Position numbers and translations under genes: made by a program
Source: an uncultured virus (IMG/VR IMGVR_UViG_3300026191_000001)
Taxonomy: Duplodnaviria; Heunggongvirae; Uroviricota; Caudoviricetes
Virus record (IMG/VR): IMGVR_UViG_3300026191_000001
Location: 61,405-81,404 of that record
Direction: 5' to 3' (one strand)
Length of the DNA stretch: 20,000 bases
Notes under the pieces: model-generated
What the model was told of the DNA's origin: nothing
The model's input: only the letters and a program-made list of their open reading frames with translations
The model's database searches: none
Shown: piece after piece, positions 16,512 to 20,000 of the stretch
Layout of the letters: the number at the start of each line of letters is the position of its first letter
How positions within the stretch are numbered: the stretch's first letter is position 1

Positions 16512-19452
16512 ATTGTTTGATGTAAACCTACTTGACGATGCGGGGTGGACTGACGGTGAAGAGTGGGCTGATTGTAACCCCGCGCAAGACTTGGAGCGTG
16601 TTTATAAGCGTGTTTATACCGGCAGCGAAGAAGACGACCCCGATTACCGTGTGAACCCTGGGGATAATTTTTACGTCGGCTCACACCCCGACCAAGTAAG
16701 AGACTGGACACCTCGCACCTTGCCGTGGGATTTGAACTTAACTAAAGGCCAGAATGGTAACCCATTGTCTTTCTACTTTGGCTTGCAAGTCGGTGAGCGT
16801 GAAATAGACGTAAACTTAGAAAACCATAGTCCGTGGATGCAAAACGTATCGGGTGACTTCATTATCCTTGGTGCTGACTACCATCGTTTCTTTGGCTTAA
16901 AAGTCAAAGATTCAGACCCCGTTTTAAAACTGAATTCTGATAACAAAGGTAGCGAGGTTCACGGTGCAGTATTGAGCAATGCTGGCCTCATTGATACACA
17001 AGGTTACGCTATGTTCGACTGGATTTTACGTAAACTCACGTTTATCAATACGATATTTAAAGCCCTCGATATACCTCTAGGTTCAAGCAACGTATCTACC
17101 CAAGACTTTGATGTTACTGGTACGGGTGATTGTGGCATTGTTATTCGTGCTGGGCACTCAGACATGGAAGTTGTTGGGGGGACGATAGTTAATGAGAATC
17201 ACTTGTTCAGTGAAAACTTCACGCTTTTACATGGCCTAGAAATAGAAGCTGGCGATGAAGCTGTAGTTCGCTATGTGTCTACGAGTGGCTTTAGCGGCAA
17301 TGGCTTTAAGTTCGGATGCGAAGTAAACGTTAAAGGCCTAAACTCAGACCATGATGGCGCGGGTATCGAGTTTCTTGAAGTCTCTACCGCAAGAGATTGT
17401 ATGGTTTCTTGGACTCGTCAGTTAGGAGGTGACAGCTTCGGTTACTACTTCCACAAAGACGGTGAACTTAATAACTGTGGATGTAACTTGGATGAAGTTG
17501 GCGGCTTGGGTGTTGTGGTCATCGGCCCCAATGCTACCGTAACTATCAATGGTGGCGATTACAAAGCATTACTACCACTTCCGTTCCTATCGGCCCAAGG
17601 CGCTTGCACCGTAGTTTTGAATAACGTCATGGTGAACGATGTTCTTTACAACGAAACTATCGAACTAGCCGAGGGTGAAGCTTGGCGAGGTGAAAAAGCT
17701 GAAGTAACTACGGATGTTTTACAGGTTAAAGCTAACAAGACACTAGTTTTGCCCTACATGCACATTCCCCAACTAGATAACGCTATTGCGGTTCAAGGTA
17801 CGGAAAGACCTTTCCAAAGTGTAGTTACCCTTCCAAGTGGCGCAAGAGTGTTACCCACCGAAGAAGGCTCACTTCGCTATATGCCTGCAGAGGCATGGCT
17901 TCACTTGGACCCGGGCGAAACTGCAATTGATTACTTTCGTTATTCCACGGAAGACCTTATTTACATGCACAAGTTCATCATTAATGCCTCCGATGAAGTG
18001 GGTGCAAAGGTGGTTCAGCCTGATTCGTTCAGTGGTTCTGGTTGGTCAGAGAATGGTGGGACTTTATACGCAAATGGTACGTTTAGTCGAAAATACTACT
18101 CAAATGGAACAAGCAACCCGCTAAGTGCAAGCTATAACTTTGAAGCCGGTGAAGTCTACCAAGTATCACTAAAGCTGGTAGACAAGGTAAGCGGCTCAGT
18201 GACGCCAAAAATAGGCAGTGCAATAGGACAGTACAGCCACAGTATCGAAGGCACAGAAGTATGGTTAATTCGCGCGCCCGCTAACGCCACGCAAGTTCAA
18301 ATAACCGCATCAGGTTACAAAGGTAACGTCCAAAATATCTATGTGCGCAAGCTACTAAGAACGGAAACACCTTGTGTGCCTACGCTGGAAGGTTCTGTTA
18401 ATGGTTCATACGTAGATTTAAGTTGGAAGATTGAGCCGGTAGACAGGCTTAAATACCGATACACCGCTGATGTTCACATACAAAATCAAGAATTAGCCGT
18501 GAATGCCGCAGACGGTTATAGAGGTTATAGCAGCGATTCTAATAAACATTTCTTGTTTGAAAATGTATCGGTTCAAAATAGGCGTAATGGTGTAACGCTT
18601 AAAGGTGCTGAATCCCTTGAAATAGATGGAATGGATTTTGTAGGTGGATATAGAGGAACTAACGAAACATGGCAAGTAGCCGTAGTTCCTGAGTACAAGA
18701 ATCCGTATTGTAAAATATCTCAATTGGGGAATATCACCGCTGATTTAGGTCTTGAATCCAACTACGGTAACTACAACTCACAATTTGGTAACTGCGACAT
18801 TCTCGTTATTAATGCGCCTTACTGGGGCGTGGGCTCTTGGGGTGAAGTAGGTGAAATCTATACTTGTCACGTTTATAACTTAGACGGAAAAAACTCTACG
18901 GATGCTATTACGGATTTAAAACGTGTTACGGAAATCAACAACAGTACGCTTGAAGGTTCTTGTAAAATTGTTCGTGCTCACCGAAGAGGTGCGGCGTTGC
19001 TTAACAACAGTGAGTTTATATCTACCTACGGTACACGAGAAACATTTCAACCAAATCATAGCCCTGCTTATTTTGAGATTTGGAACTGTTACGCAGATGG
19101 TCAGCGCTGTGTAACAAAAGAGCAAATGAATAGCCAGAAAAAAGGTTCAGGCTTCCATTACTCGGATAGAGGCTTATTAGCAGGTAACCAAAACTCGGTA
19201 GAAGTCCTAAAAACCTACCCAACCCTAGATGATTTGAACCGCTTTGCTATGACAGATATGCAGTTTGAAGTATCGAGCAATGGTGGTTCTAGCTGGTCTA
19301 CTTTAAGTATTCCGGGTGTTGAATTGCCCGGGGTTATTGGTTGCTTTAAACGTTCAGTTTCACTTTCATCAGGCACATATCAGATCAGATGCCGATGCCT
19401 TAACGGTGCGTTAGTGGGCGCATGGTCTAACACAATATCAATTACAGTATAG
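16504..19452 (+). CDS. Large multidomain tail-associated protein, putative tailspike/carbohydrate-binding or depolymerase
   Basis: 982 aa, G/N/D/V-rich with beta-helix-like stretches, a VCBS/cadherin-like motif (GSLRYMP...LDPGETAIDYFRYS), a CBM-like segment and an FN3-like C-terminus. Overlaps the previous gene by 8 nt. Confidence 0.6.
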   Translation: MDRLFDVNLLDDAGWTDGEEWADCNPAQDLERVYKRVYTGSEEDDPDYRVNPGDNFYVGSHPDQVRDWTPRTLPWDLNLTKGQNGNPLSFYFGLQVGEREIDVNLENHSPWMQNVSGDFIILGADYHRFFGLKVKDSDPVLKLNSDNKGSEVHGAVLSNAGLIDTQGYAMFDWILRKLTFINTIFKALDIPLGSSNVSTQDFDVTGTGDCGIVIRAGHSDMEVVGGTIVNENHLFSENFTLLHGLEIEAGDEAVVRYVSTSGFSGNGFKFGCEVNVKGLNSDHDGAGIEFLEVSTARDCMVSWTRQLGGDSFGYYFHKDGELNNCGCNLDEVGGLGVVVIGPNATVTINGGDYKALLPLPFLSAQGACTVVLNNVMVNDVLYNETIELAEGEAWRGEKAEVTTDVLQVKANKTLVLPYMHIPQLDNAIAVQGTERPFQSVVTLPSGARVLPTEEGSLRYMPAEAWLHLDPGETAIDYFRYSTEDLIYMHKFIINASDEVGAKVVQPDSFSGSGWSENGGTLYANGTFSRKYYSNGTSNPLSASYNFEAGEVYQVSLKLVDKVSGSVTPKIGSAIGQYSHSIEGTEVWLIRAPANATQVQITASGYKGNVQNIYVRKLLRTETPCVPTLEGSVNGSYVDLSWKIEPVDRLKYRYTADVHIQNQELAVNAADGYRGYSSDSNKHFLFENVSVQNRRNGVTLKGAESLEIDGMDFVGGYRGTNETWQVAVVPEYKNPYCKISQLGNITADLGLESNYGNYNSQFGNCDILVINAPYWGVGSWGEVGEIYTCHVYNLDGKNSTDAITDLKRVTEINNSTLEGSCKIVRAHRRGAALLNNSEFISTYGTRETFQPNHSPAYFEIWNCYADGQRCVTKEQMNSQKKGSGFHYSDRGLLAGNQNSVEVLKTYPTLDDLNRFAMTDMQFEVSSNGGSSWSTLSIPGVELPGVIGCFKRSVSLSSGTYQIRCRCLNGALVGAWSNTISITV

Positions 19453-19463
19453 AGAGATAAGCA

Positions 19464-20000
19464 ATGGCTACGGTTAATTTAAATCTAGCACTTCAGAGTG
19501 GTAGTCAAATACCACCCGAACTAAGTGTAATAAGCGGGAACTGGACGTTTCAAGGTAATGGGCTTTACATAGCAAATAGCGCATCAGGGCAAATTGAATT
19601 GGTTGATGCGACCGCCGACAATGATGTGACTATTTCATTCAGGCATGACGACACTAACGCGACAGGGAAATATTTCTCGTTCGAATTTCGGCGCGTTAAT
19701 GATGACAACTACATACGTGTAATTTGGGACCTAGCAACAGGCGTCTATCGAGTAGTTAAACGGGTATCGGGCACGAATACAGTGCTTTATGACGGTACGC
19801 ATAATTCTGGTGCGTCCGCGACATTGCGCGTTGTGACCTCTGGCTCTAGCATTACTGCATACGCTGATGCCGACGTGGTTTATTCTACGTCAAACGAACC
19901 ATTTAATCAGACGGTAGGCACTGCGATTGTAAATTTATCGCAGGGTTTTTACGGTATGAGTGCAGTGACATTTGAAAATCAGGCGGGTTCAGTGAACACC
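19464..20000 (+). CDS. Partial gene (not in the ORF track) with an N-terminal concanavalin-A/lectin-like beta-sandwich, probable tail-associated protein
   Basis: ATG 19464 after GAGAG. Open for 179 codons to the window end: MATVNLNLALQSGSQIPPELSVISGNWTFQGNGLY...FEFRRVNDDNYIRVIW...LRVVTSGSSITAYAD. Confidence 0.7.
   Translation, partial: MATVNLNLALQSGSQIPPELSVISGNWTFQGNGLYIANSASGQIELVDATADNDVTISFRHDDTNATGKYFSFEFRRVNDDNYIRVIWDLATGVYRVVKRVSGTNTVLYDGTHNSGASATLRVVTSGSSITAYADADVVYSTSNEPFNQTVGTAIVNLSQGFYGMSAVTFENQAGSVNT

Noticed and set aside
96..19222. Other short alternative-frame and minus-strand ORFs in the track
   Set aside because: All are nested in or antisense to long, well-supported tail genes, with no recognisable motifs.
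15072..20000. Diversity-generating retroelement or invertible fibre cassette
   Set aside because: No reverse transcriptase, invertase, template/variable repeat pair or inverted crossover sites were noticed in this window by eye.

Overview
The window is the tail module of a long-tailed (siphovirus-type) phage or prophage, almost entirely on the + strand. Gene order: end of an upstream gene, probable tail terminator/completion protein, major tail protein, tail assembly chaperone with a -1 frameshift extension (lambda gpG/gpGT-like), ~1770 aa tape measure, lambda-like tail tip genes (M, L, K split into NlpC/P60 and JAB, I, J), then at least three receptor-binding/fibre genes, the last one truncated. 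Two inserts are not structural. The first is an antisense ribbon-helix-helix gene (525-866). The second is the main finding: a candidate ~78-nt small RNA in the 8202-8421 spacer, with its own near-consensus sigma70 promoter, a 5' hairpin and a terminator hairpin. Its predicted unpaired middle (AUCGUCAAUUUCC) is the exact reverse complement of GGAAATTGACGAT(G). That motif occurs exactly at three tail gene starts and as variants at two more. This suggests one phage sRNA controlling translation of several virion genes. All protein assignments come from motif recognition and synteny; no database search was run.
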